A DNA stretch of 28,737 nt. Origin: a virus. Each line of letters starts with the position of its first letter. Within the stretch, counting starts at the first letter, position 1. Where the stretch lies: IMG/VR virus record IMGVR_UViG_3300009514_001427; one strand, given 5' to 3'. Of the stretch, positions 16,413 to 22,733 are shown one piece after another. Below the pieces are notes generated by a model that was not told the DNA's origin, ran no database searches, and was given only the letters and a program-made list of their open reading frames with translations. The translations under genes were made by a program, and so were the position numbers.

Positions 16413-16442
16413 GCGGGGGCTGAAATAAGCCCCCGCTTTTCT
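16413..16442 (+). terminator. rho-independent terminator (gcgggggc-TGAAATAA-gcccccgc-TTTTCTT)
   Basis: Perfect 8-bp GC stem, 8-nt loop and a T-run. Confidence 0.8.
16420..16431 (+). repeat. CTGAAATAAGCC motif, copy 5 (forms the loop of a terminator)
   Basis: Exact 12-mer. Confidence 0.6.
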
Positions 16443-16464
16443 TGTTCATACACTGATTTTGAAC

Positions 16465-16492
16465 TTGACAATTCCGAAGTATGTGGTATACT
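16465..16492 (+). promoter_or_regulatory. sigma70 promoter P20, leaderless
   Basis: TTGACA 16465-16470, TATACT 16487-16492, ATG 16499. Confidence 0.7.
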
Positions 16493-16498
16493 AAAGGT

Positions 16499-16975
16499 AT
16501 GACAACGACAACAATCAAACCAGATGGACTCGCGTTGGCTGGACTCGGACTCGACAAAGGCTTGCTACTCCGCGTAGCCCGCTGTTTGCTCGCAGACATT
16601 TACTGGGATGATGACCAGGAAACCCAGTATCGAGCAGACTGCAAGGTCCGTAGCGAGCCGTGGATTAGGGAGCTTATGAAGCGCCCAGAAACTCCACAAG
16701 TCCCAGACGAGACAGACGCTCTCATCCGTATGGCTCATATCTGCGGACGAATTGAACAGGCATGGGGCGAGTCATTCTACAGCGTGGCGCGACGTATCTG
16801 TAAGCATGATGAAGTCAAAGAGGAAGTACAAGAGGACTTGGTTTACTACGCTCTCATGGCGGCAATGGGACATGGCGTAGGTCCACAAGATGTAGACGGC
16901 TTCCCAGAGGAGCTTGACGCCAGCCCGATCAATATCGAAAACCCAATGCTCTACCAACTGGCGTTGCTGGAATAG
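16499..16975 (+). CDS. hypothetical protein, 158 aa
   Basis: Leaderless ATG in frame in ORF 16481..16975. Confidence 0.65.
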   Translation: MTTTTIKPDGLALAGLGLDKGLLLRVARCLLADIYWDDDQETQYRADCKVRSEPWIRELMKRPETPQVPDETDALIRMAHICGRIEQAWGESFYSVARRICKHDEVKEEVQEDLVYYALMAAMGHGVGPQDVDGFPEELDASPINIENPMLYQLALLE

Positions 16976-16989
16976 TTCAGATTTTTCCC

Positions 16990-17017
16990 TTGACATTTAT
17001 TGCTCATGTGGTATACT
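16990..17017 (+). promoter_or_regulatory. sigma70 promoter P21
   Basis: TTGACA 16990-16995, TATACT 17012-17017. Confidence 0.7.
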
Positions 17018-17038
17018 TAGAGCAGAAAGGGAGAGACC

Positions 17039-17296
17039 ATGACGCTACTCGGACAAACAGAACGGACGGAACGGACAACGAGCTTTACGCCAGAGCAAAA
17101 GGCAATCGTCGATGAGTTTATTCCCCAGTTGGCGGATAAAATCAGCCAGATAATCAATGAGGTTGCTCCCGGTCTCAGAGCGATGGACGACCGCCCACGA
17201 CAGACATACAGCCCAGAGCAGCCCGATGTATATTTCCCGTACGTTGCTCAGGCGTTGCTCGAAGATTTGATCGCTGAATTACAGGAGCGAGTCTAA
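17039..17296 (+). CDS. hypothetical protein, 85 aa
   Basis: AAGGGAGAG RBS. Confidence 0.6.
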   Translation: MTLLGQTERTERTTSFTPEQKAIVDEFIPQLADKISQIINEVAPGLRAMDDRPRQTYSPEQPDVYFPYVAQALLEDLIAELQERV

Positions 17297-17529
17297 TGCA
17301 ATCAGTCGAGACATTCAGGACCATCAGCAACGACACACTGGATACGATGGTTGCCAACTTCACCGAGACAATCGGCAACCTACAAGCGATGGAAACCAGC
17401 GACATGGACGAGCTTATTCGAGCTTGCGAAGTGATCGGACGCCGAGTACGCGCAGGACTCATCCCAGAGGGACGCGGACTGCTACTGTTTGCGAAGATCA
17501 TCGTTGACGACGCCAATCGGAGTGACTAA
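17296..17529 (+). CDS. hypothetical protein, 77 aa
   Basis: taATG coupling; AGGAG RBS. Confidence 0.55.
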   Translation: MQSVETFRTISNDTLDTMVANFTETIGNLQAMETSDMDELIRACEVIGRRVRAGLIPEGRGLLLFAKIIVDDANRSD

Positions 17530-17733
17530 CGTGACACTGATACCATTTCTGACATTTTTTGCACTGCCGAAACTTGAGCTAAGTGGGGCACTGCCTACTT
17601 CCCGATTGAGGCGACGGGAATGCCCAAATGCTCGCCGATGGAGTGTAGACCTGAATACCCAATGGCGGACAGCAGTAAGGGGTGCATTGGGTTAGCGAAA
17701 GAAATAACAGGCAGCCCACTATATATTGAGGCA

Positions 17734-17775
17734 GCCGCTCCGATTCACCCTAAAGTGAGTGTGGATCGGAGCGGC
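17734..17775 (+). other. long hairpin (11-bp stem gccgctccgat/atcggagcggc, 20-nt loop with inner tcac/gtga) in a 365-nt untranslated spacer
   Basis: The inverted repeat is seen directly. A weak T-tract (ttgcgtgttt) follows, so it may be a leaky terminator or an RNA element. Confidence 0.4.
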
Positions 17776-17819
17776 TTGCGTGTTTGCCCAGCTTAACACA
17801 AAAAATGTCAGAATTGTCC

Positions 17820-17847
17820 TTGACAAACGCACCTCATGTGGTATACT
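17820..17847 (+). promoter_or_regulatory. sigma70 promoter P22
   Basis: TTGACA 17820-17825, TATACT 17842-17847. Leader is tagacggtagcgaacaaccttacgccaCAAGGAGCAAACAATG. Confidence 0.7.
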
Positions 17848-17894
17848 TCTTATGTAGACGGTAGCGAACAACCTTACGCCACAAGGAGCAAACA

Positions 17895-18182
17895 ATGGCA
17901 ACCACGCGAAACGGAAAGAAACGCCACAACTGGGTCACGAACTCGACAATCGTTGACGACGAAACAAACAAGACCGCCGCTCGCTTCATCGACTCATGCG
18001 TCCACTTGACGCCAGCCCGTGAAGCAGAGCTTGACAACTTGATCGGCGTCGGGACCGACAAGACCGATCATGAACCAGACCCCGAAATTGTCGGGGCGAT
18101 GGAGGATGAGGACTGGGGCGATAGCTGGATGGATCAGGAGCCAACCGCAGCGGACCTGCGAGCTATTGAGACGGGCAAATAG
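17895..18182 (+). CDS. hypothetical protein, 95 aa
   Basis: CAAGGAGC RBS. Confidence 0.6.
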   Translation: MATTRNGKKRHNWVTNSTIVDDETNKTAARFIDSCVHLTPAREAELDNLIGVGTDKTDHEPDPEIVGAMEDEDWGDSWMDQEPTAADLRAIETGK

Positions 18183-18230
18183 ACCCGCTCAAAACCAAAC
18201 TAGGAGCGGCAGCCGCAAGCGGATTAACTC

Positions 18231-18258
18231 GCCCCCGAGAAATCGGGGGCTTTCTTTT
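18231..18258 (+). terminator. rho-independent terminator with a GNRA tetraloop (gcccccga-GAAA-tcgggggc-TTTCTTTT)
   Basis: Perfect 8-bp stem plus T-run. Confidence 0.8.
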
Positions 18259-18302
18259 GGCCTGTGAGAAAAGAAATAACCTCACGAACTCAAGTTAAAC
18301 CC

Positions 18303-18330
18303 TTGACATTTGCTGGGAAAGAGGTATACT
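18303..18330 (+). promoter_or_regulatory. sigma70 promoter P23, leaderless
   Basis: TTGACA 18303-18308, TATACT 18325-18330, ATG 18338. Confidence 0.7.
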
Positions 18331-18337
18331 ATAAACG

Positions 18338-18769
18338 ATGAAACTGAATGACCGACAACAGGAAAAGGCAATCGGACTGCGCCAGCTTATCAAGTCACCA
18401 AGACCATGTGACGAAAAGGGCTGGTCCGCTCACATCGACTTCACCAGGGCTTTGGCGAAGATGCTCGATGGCATCGACGTAATACAAAGCCCCGTGGCGA
18501 TGAAAGAGACGTTCGACAGGGCTTGGAGAGCTTATGCCCATTACTGGGCAAACGAAAACGACAGGGTTCTGTTTGAAGCACTGGGCAGCGATGAGATACT
18601 GGTCGCAAAGGTCAAGGAGCATGAAAACGGACGGCGAATTGTCAACCGTATTCTTGCCCGAGTGAAAGAACAGTATGGGGGAATTAACCCCGAAGTAAAC
18701 GCCAGCTCCGTCGAAATCACAGACATTCTCACCGAAGAGATGGACGGCGAATGGTCCGAAGAGGTATAA
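18338..18769 (+). CDS. hypothetical protein, 143 aa
   Basis: Leaderless ATG. Confidence 0.65.
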   Translation: MKLNDRQQEKAIGLRQLIKSPRPCDEKGWSAHIDFTRALAKMLDGIDVIQSPVAMKETFDRAWRAYAHYWANENDRVLFEALGSDEILVAKVKEHENGRRIVNRILARVKEQYGGINPEVNASSVEITDILTEEMDGEWSEEV

Positions 18770-18815
18770 TGAGAGGCTTACCTTGATCCCTTGTGGGGTT
18801 GAGTAACTACCGTCA

Positions 18816-18853
18816 GACATAAGGCGCTGTCCGAAAGGGCAACGCCTTATGTC
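18816..18853 (+). terminator. terminator-like hairpin (11-bp stem gacataaggcg/cgccttatgtc, 16-nt loop) with a weak T tract
   Basis: Perfect inverted repeat, then gTTcc. Confidence 0.4.
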
Positions 18854-18877
18854 GTTCCAAATTAGTTCATTTTTCAT

Positions 18878-18906
18878 TTGACATTTATTGCTGGCCGTGG
18901 TATACT
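18878..18906 (+). promoter_or_regulatory. sigma70 promoter P24 (17-nt spacer)
   Basis: TTGACA 18878-18883, TATACT 18901-18906. Leader is tagaacaacggtaagttactctaagccaCAAAGGAGCAAACAATG. Confidence 0.7.
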
Positions 18907-18948
18907 TAGAACAACGGTAAGTTACTCTAAGCCACAAAGGAGCAAACA

Positions 18949-19407
18949 ATGTCAAAGATCAGCTATGTTGGAACTCGCGTCACTCGTAACGCCAAATACA
19001 CTCCAGCCGCCAAGAATGGAATGCTCGACGCCGCTGAACGTGAATTGCGACGATTCACAAAGCCACAGCGTATCAATGAGAATTGGTGGAGCCGACAACT
19101 CGGGTTCCGTGAGGACTACGGGAAACTAACCAACGGGGAAACTCCGTGGGCAACGCTCCGAGTTATGATGACTCGCAACGCCGACGATGGACGCGGCAAA
19201 GGTACGAGATTCGTCCGATTCGAGGCGGGATTCGTCGCAAGATCGAAATTCGATCAAGACCCGGCATGGTATCGACGCGAATACGGCAAGCCCGTCACCA
19301 GCAAGAGAAAACCAGCGCTCAAGAAACAAGGCGTACTCACAGTCTGTACCACAACCTGTCAATGTTGCGGCAGAAAAAATGACCACGTTTGGTACGAAGC
19401 CGCTTGA
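18949..19407 (+). CDS. hypothetical protein, 152 aa (C-terminal CTTTCQCCGRKNDH)
   Basis: AAAGGAGC RBS. The stop TGA lies inside the next -35. Confidence 0.65.
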   Translation: MSKISYVGTRVTRNAKYTPAAKNGMLDAAERELRRFTKPQRINENWWSRQLGFREDYGKLTNGETPWATLRVMMTRNADDGRGKGTRFVRFEAGFVARSKFDQDPAWYRREYGKPVTSKRKPALKKQGVLTVCTTTCQCCGRKNDHVWYEAA

Positions 19408-19431
19408 CTTTTCTCGTGGCCGTGGTATACT
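19404..19431 (+). promoter_or_regulatory. sigma70 promoter P25 (TTGACT, class II)
   Basis: TTGACT 19404-19409, TATACT 19426-19431. Confidence 0.65.
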
Positions 19432-19472
19432 CTAGACAGTGAAGGACAACGAACTCAAACGGAGCTAAGACA

Positions 19473-19661
19473 ATGGCAAAGATGACCAAAAAGAAAATCG
19501 ACGCGGCAGTGGAAGCAGCGTACCAACGCCACTTTGACCGCGTACCCGTCAATATGATGGACCTGCCCAAAATCATGAACATCGGCAGAAACGCCCTTGC
19601 CAACGGTGAGGACTTGGACGCTGCAATGGCAGCAGCAGTCCCCCAGTTTCGGAAGGACTAA
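19473..19661 (+). CDS. hypothetical protein, 62 aa
   Basis: GGAG at 19461-19464. Confidence 0.5.
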   Translation: MAKMTKKKIDAAVEAAYQRHFDRVPVNMMDLPKIMNIGRNALANGEDLDAAMAAAVPQFRKD

Positions 19662-19662
19662 C

Positions 19663-19887
19663 ATGCCAACGCAACAGCGCAAAGACGAATTGTGGGGCAA
19701 GGCGTATGGTGGACCTTGCCCCGAAGATGGACCCGGTAGCATCGAGGACTTGGAAGCCGCAGAAATAATCTACGACCGCGTCACCGCTGGCAACTGCCAA
19801 AACTGCGGAAAGAACGAAGACTGTACTTGCGTCTTTGTCGATCCAAACAACCCGGGCAAAACTGTTGTCGGTTTCCAAAACGGCTAA
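19663..19887 (+). CDS. small Cys-containing protein, 74 aa (CQNCGKNEDCTC)
   Basis: GAAGGA precedes ATG 19663, in frame in ORF 19597..19887. Confidence 0.55.
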   Translation: MPTQQRKDELWGKAYGGPCPEDGPGSIEDLEAAEIIYDRVTAGNCQNCGKNEDCTCVFVDPNNPGKTVVGFQNG

Positions 19888-19906
19888 AGAAAAGTTCATT
19901 TTCTAC

Positions 19907-19934
19907 TTGACAATTCTTGTGGCCGTGGTATACT
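19907..19934 (+). promoter_or_regulatory. sigma70 promoter P26 (class II, upstream AAAGAAAAGTTCATTTTCTAC)
   Basis: TTGACA 19907-19912, TATACT 19929-19934. Confidence 0.7.
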
Positions 19935-19976
19935 ATAGACAGTTGAACAACGCCACGAACACAGGGAGATAAACCG

Positions 19977-20258
19977 ATGAGGACTTACGATAACGGTAGC
20001 GGCTTTACGGTGTCATTCAGCGAGTCTGACGCTGACGAATTTAATGCGTCCTGGCCTTGCAGTACCGTAAACGGACCCGGTTGGTTTGCTTACGATAATA
20101 ACGGCGACCTGACCGATTGTGGAGGCGAAGCCGATCACGGTGACGGGGCGGACTGGCTTGCATTTTCGCAGGACTGCCAAAAGTACGGCGAGCAACGTAT
20201 CGGAGCGCTGAGAAAACGTCACGAGCGAGCCGAAAAGAAAAGTTCATTTTCTTCTTGA
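19977..20258 (+). CDS. hypothetical protein, 93 aa
   Basis: CAGGGAGA RBS. The C-terminus is translated from the promoter UP-region, and the stop TGA is the -35 (cTTGAca). Confidence 0.55.
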   Translation: MRTYDNGSGFTVSFSESDADEFNASWPCSTVNGPGWFAYDNNGDLTDCGGEADHGDGADWLAFSQDCQKYGEQRIGALRKRHERAEKKSSFSS

Positions 20259-20283
20259 CAACCTCTGGAGTATGGGGTATACT
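20255..20283 (+). promoter_or_regulatory. sigma70 promoter P27 (class II)
   Basis: TTGACA 20255-20260, TATACT 20278-20283. Confidence 0.65.
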
Positions 20284-20326
20284 ATAGACAGTTGAGAGTG
20301 AAACACACTTTTCAGGAGCTACTACG

Positions 20327-20551
20327 ATGCCATGTGAAGATGCCCCTTGCTGCGGTTGCTGCACCGTCCCGACCATGCAGGACCAGTACGACGCCGAGGA
20401 AGCCTATTGGGAAGCCGAGGAAGCGGGATTGCTCCCCGGCGAGGATATGGACGGAGACTTTGACTCCGCTATGGCGTCAGCCGGTCACGGCATGGACGAG
20501 GACTACGGCTTTGCAGAGGATATGCACTGCGAAGGATACGACGAATACTAA
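20327..20551 (+). CDS. small acidic Cys-rich protein, 74 aa (CEDAPCCGCC)
   Basis: AGGAG at 20313-20317. Confidence 0.55.
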   Translation: MPCEDAPCCGCCTVPTMQDQYDAEEAYWEAEEAGLLPGEDMDGDFDSAMASAGHGMDEDYGFAEDMHCEGYDEY

Positions 20552-20559
20552 GGAGAGAA

Positions 20560-20577
20560 GGGCGGCGAAAGCCGTCC
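20560..20577 (+). other. small hairpin with a GNRA loop (gggcggc-GAAA-gccgtcc)
   Basis: 7-bp stem with one G-U pair and no T-run. Possibly an RNA stability or processing element. Confidence 0.3.
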
Positions 20578-20593
20578 GCTCCCCGCACTGGAA

Positions 20594-20605
20594 CTGAAAT
20601 AAGCC
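20594..20605 (+). repeat. CTGAAATAAGCC motif, copy 6
   Basis: Exact 12-mer, flanked by a direct repeat of cccgcact. Confidence 0.6.
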
Positions 20606-20628
20606 CGCACTAATTGTTCATTTTCTTC

Positions 20629-20657
20629 TTGACAACTCCCGTGGCATGTGGTATACT
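20629..20657 (+). promoter_or_regulatory. sigma70 promoter P28 (class II), leaderless
   Basis: TTGACA 20629-20634, TATACT 20652-20657, ATG 20664. Confidence 0.7.
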
Positions 20658-20663
20658 TTAGAC

Positions 20664-20909
20664 ATGTTTGAATGGCTCAACAATCTAAAGCCCGGCGATC
20701 AAGTGACTGTCCGTGACCGAGACCACAACAGGCTCGGACAATTCCCAGAAAGACAATGGGCAGAAGTGGTCAGCGAAATCACAGCAGACCATATCAAAAC
20801 TCTGCCCGTTGGATATGTACCGGGATCGAAAACTATCGAGCCATTCAGACTGTTTGACCGACGATTCGGCAGCAGCAATACAGAGGAGCTAAGACCATGT
20901 TCGCAATAG
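20664..20909 (+). CDS. hypothetical protein, 81 aa
   Basis: Leaderless ATG in frame in ORF 20646..20909. Confidence 0.55.
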   Translation: MFEWLNNLKPGDQVTVRDRDHNRLGQFPERQWAEVVSEITADHIKTLPVGYVPGSKTIEPFRLFDRRFGSSNTEELRPCSQ

Positions 20910-21184
20910 TCCTATCAGATGTCAGAGCCAACAGAAACGAACTCGTAGGCTGGAAAGCTACAGTCTATCCCGTCGATGGTTACGACCGTTGCGACGGATG
21001 CCAAGACCACAGCAAGCCCGCTCTAGGCTGTCAATACGTCGAGTCACAAATCCACAAAGACCCCAAAGACGCAATCGACGAAGTTGCAAGGATTGCCGCG
21101 CGACGAGCAGAAAGACGCGAAGGCTCCGAAGTATTCCACGTCCCCCATGAAGAAGTTCAGAAATTTGCTGAACAAATCGCTTGA
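20897..21184 (+). CDS. hypothetical protein, 95 aa
   Basis: GAGGAG RBS. The stop lies inside the next -35. Confidence 0.55.
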   Translation: MFAIVLSDVRANRNELVGWKATVYPVDGYDRCDGCQDHSKPALGCQYVESQIHKDPKDAIDEVARIAARRAERREGSEVFHVPHEEVQKFAEQIA

Positions 21185-21208
21185 CATTTATTCCCCATGT
21201 GGTATACT
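21181..21208 (+). promoter_or_regulatory. sigma70 promoter P29
   Basis: TTGACA 21181-21186, TATACT 21203-21208. Leader is gtaagtgacggcaagagaaaaccaCAAAGGAGCTAAGCCGATG. Confidence 0.7.
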
Positions 21209-21248
21209 GTAAGTGACGGCAAGAGAAAACCACAAAGGAGCTAAGCCG

Positions 21249-21686
21249 ATGGCAAAATGTAACAAACTCTGGACCAAAACCGCGTTTGCAAAAGTCCCTC
21301 CAATCGGAGCGACCGAGAAAATCGCGGCAGAAAATAAGGTCGCACTAGTCAAAATCTTCTGCGCCCTGTCCGATCATCGTCACTATGTACTAGAGTACGA
21401 CCCAGAAACAACCGAAGCGTTCGTCTTGACCACAAACGGCGACGTCTGCGAGCTTGGATATATCCTACTGTCCGAGCTTCAAGAGATGAACGACAACTGG
21501 AATCAACGAAACCCAGAAACAGGACGCCGACGCTTCCTATTCCCACCGTGGGAACGAGAGCTTCACGGTACGCCCTCAGCAGGCTACAACATCGGCAAGG
21601 TACAAGAAGCCCACGCGCGACAATGGAATCAACCCGTATGGAACGCCGCAATCGCAGACGGCAGAGCGGAGGTTATCCCAACATGA
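21249..21686 (+). CDS. hypothetical protein, 145 aa
   Basis: GGAG at 21237-21240, in frame in ORF 21213..21686. Confidence 0.65.
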   Translation: MAKCNKLWTKTAFAKVPPIGATEKIAAENKVALVKIFCALSDHRHYVLEYDPETTEAFVLTTNGDVCELGYILLSELQEMNDNWNQRNPETGRRRFLFPPWERELHGTPSAGYNIGKVQEAHARQWNQPVWNAAIADGRAEVIPT

Positions 21687-21907
21687 CAGCCCAAGAAAAA
21701 GCAGACCAAGCAGCAACCGACAGAGATAAGCAGGCGAGAGAGTACGCCACAAGCTACATTCAAGGCAACCGAAAGAGCGTCTGTCTGGAGATACTCAACG
21801 GACCAAACCCGGCAATCATGGCGTCACTCGTCACAAGGAAACTATGCCGTCAGCATTTTGGAACGGCAGACGAATTCATCCGGATCTTGGCGGCTCAAGT
21901 GGACTGA
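21683..21907 (+). CDS. hypothetical protein, 74 aa
   Basis: ATGA overlap with GAGCGGAGG upstream. In frame in ORF 21548..21907. Confidence 0.5.
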   Translation: MTAQEKADQAATDRDKQAREYATSYIQGNRKSVCLEILNGPNPAIMASLVTRKLCRQHFGTADEFIRILAAQVD

Positions 21908-21915
21908 AATAAGCC
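21904..21915 (+). repeat. CTGAAATAAGCC motif, copy 7 (overlaps the stop codon of the gene ending at 21907)
   Basis: Exact 12-mer. Confidence 0.6.
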
Positions 21916-21937
21916 GACAAAATTGTTCCTTTTTCGT

Positions 21938-21965
21938 TTGACTATTCCGTCTCATGTAGTATACT
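21938..21965 (+). promoter_or_regulatory. sigma70 promoter P30 (TTGACT-16-TATACT)
   Basis: TTGACT 21938-21943, TATACT 21960-21965. Leader is ctatgtagacgacggttactcaaacAAAGGGAGCTAGACAATG. Confidence 0.6.
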
Positions 21966-22005
21966 CTATGTAGACGACGGTTACTCAAACAAAGGGAGCT
22001 AGACA

Positions 22006-22506
22006 ATGCCAAACATCAGCCGACAAGACTTTATCGCAGGGACACAAGCGGTTAGGACGATTCAGTCGATAACGTGGCGTAGACGATCCGACAAGATTGT
22101 CAAGCGTTGCGTACAATGCGAAGCCGAAACCGCTACGCATCGGGGACAACGATTCTGCAACGCTTGTGACGAATTCGTCGCAACGTATGACGCCAAAGAA
22201 GCCGAAGCGGGCGACGTAGTACGGATGCAATTCATCCCGAAAATCAACCCCGAAGGCACGAAAAATTGGACGCCCGCAGGTGGCTTTATTTTCAACGCTC
22301 CGACCCGCGAAGCCGCCGAAGCTATCAAACGTCGCAAGGGCTTGATTCAATGCCTGAAAATGGGCGAGCAAATGCCCACAAACGACGCGGACGAGATTAG
22401 GGCAATGATCGACGCTGGCGACCTGAAAGCCTTACCGCGTTGTTTCGGAGCGTATGACGTAGAAACATGGACCGCCGAAGGCGAAACGTATACCGTCGTG
22501 GATTAG
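22006..22506 (+). CDS. zinc-ribbon protein, 166 aa; paralog of the gene at 13164..13625
   Basis: AAAGGGAGC RBS. CVQCEAETATHRGQRFCNACDEF. Confidence 0.7.
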   Translation: MPNISRQDFIAGTQAVRTIQSITWRRRSDKIVKRCVQCEAETATHRGQRFCNACDEFVATYDAKEAEAGDVVRMQFIPKINPEGTKNWTPAGGFIFNAPTREAAEAIKRRKGLIQCLKMGEQMPTNDADEIRAMIDAGDLKALPRCFGAYDVETWTAEGETYTVVD

Positions 22507-22524
22507 CTCCCACAAACGAGCGTA

Positions 22525-22560
22525 AGCGGGGGACGGTCCCCCGCTCGCTCCGCTCGCTTT
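22525..22560 (+). terminator. terminator-like hairpin (agcggggg-acggt-cccccgct) with a weak T tract
   Basis: 8-bp GC stem, then …cgcTTTcc. Confidence 0.4.
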
Positions 22561-22596
22561 CCTCAGAACTGACATAACCACATCCGCTCGTCAGCG

Positions 22597-22608
22597 CAGA
22601 AATAAGCC
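22597..22608 (+). repeat. CAGAAATAAGCC motif, copy 8
   Basis: 11/12 match. Confidence 0.55.
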
Positions 22609-22661
22609 CCGATCCAACCTGTTAGTTCCCGAAAATAATCTTACTGGGCCCGATTTTTTTC

Positions 22662-22689
22662 TTGACATTCGCTCCCTATGTAGTATACT
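22662..22689 (+). promoter_or_regulatory. sigma70 promoter P31
   Basis: TTGACA 22662-22667, TATACT 22684-22689. Leader is tatattgacgacggtaggaaactcgaaccAAAAGGGAGCTAACAATG. Confidence 0.7.
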
Positions 22690-22733
22690 TATATTGACGA
22701 CGGTAGGAAACTCGAACCAAAAGGGAGCTAACA

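Larger units (their letters stand above)
16232..16442 (+). ncRNA. candidate ~210-nt non-coding RNA (P19 to terminator)
   Basis: Only ORFs of 17 aa or fewer on the + strand, and no SD-ATG pair. It contains a gccc-tttcg-gggc hairpin and shares the 9-mer GATCGCACG with the 10.5-kb ncRNA candidate. It ends in a perfect terminator whose loop is the TGAAATAA motif. Confidence 0.4.

Noticed and set aside
17489-17695. 68-aa + ORF in the 17.5-kb spacer
   Set aside because: It overlaps the end of the preceding gene, has no start signal and has a low-complexity composition.
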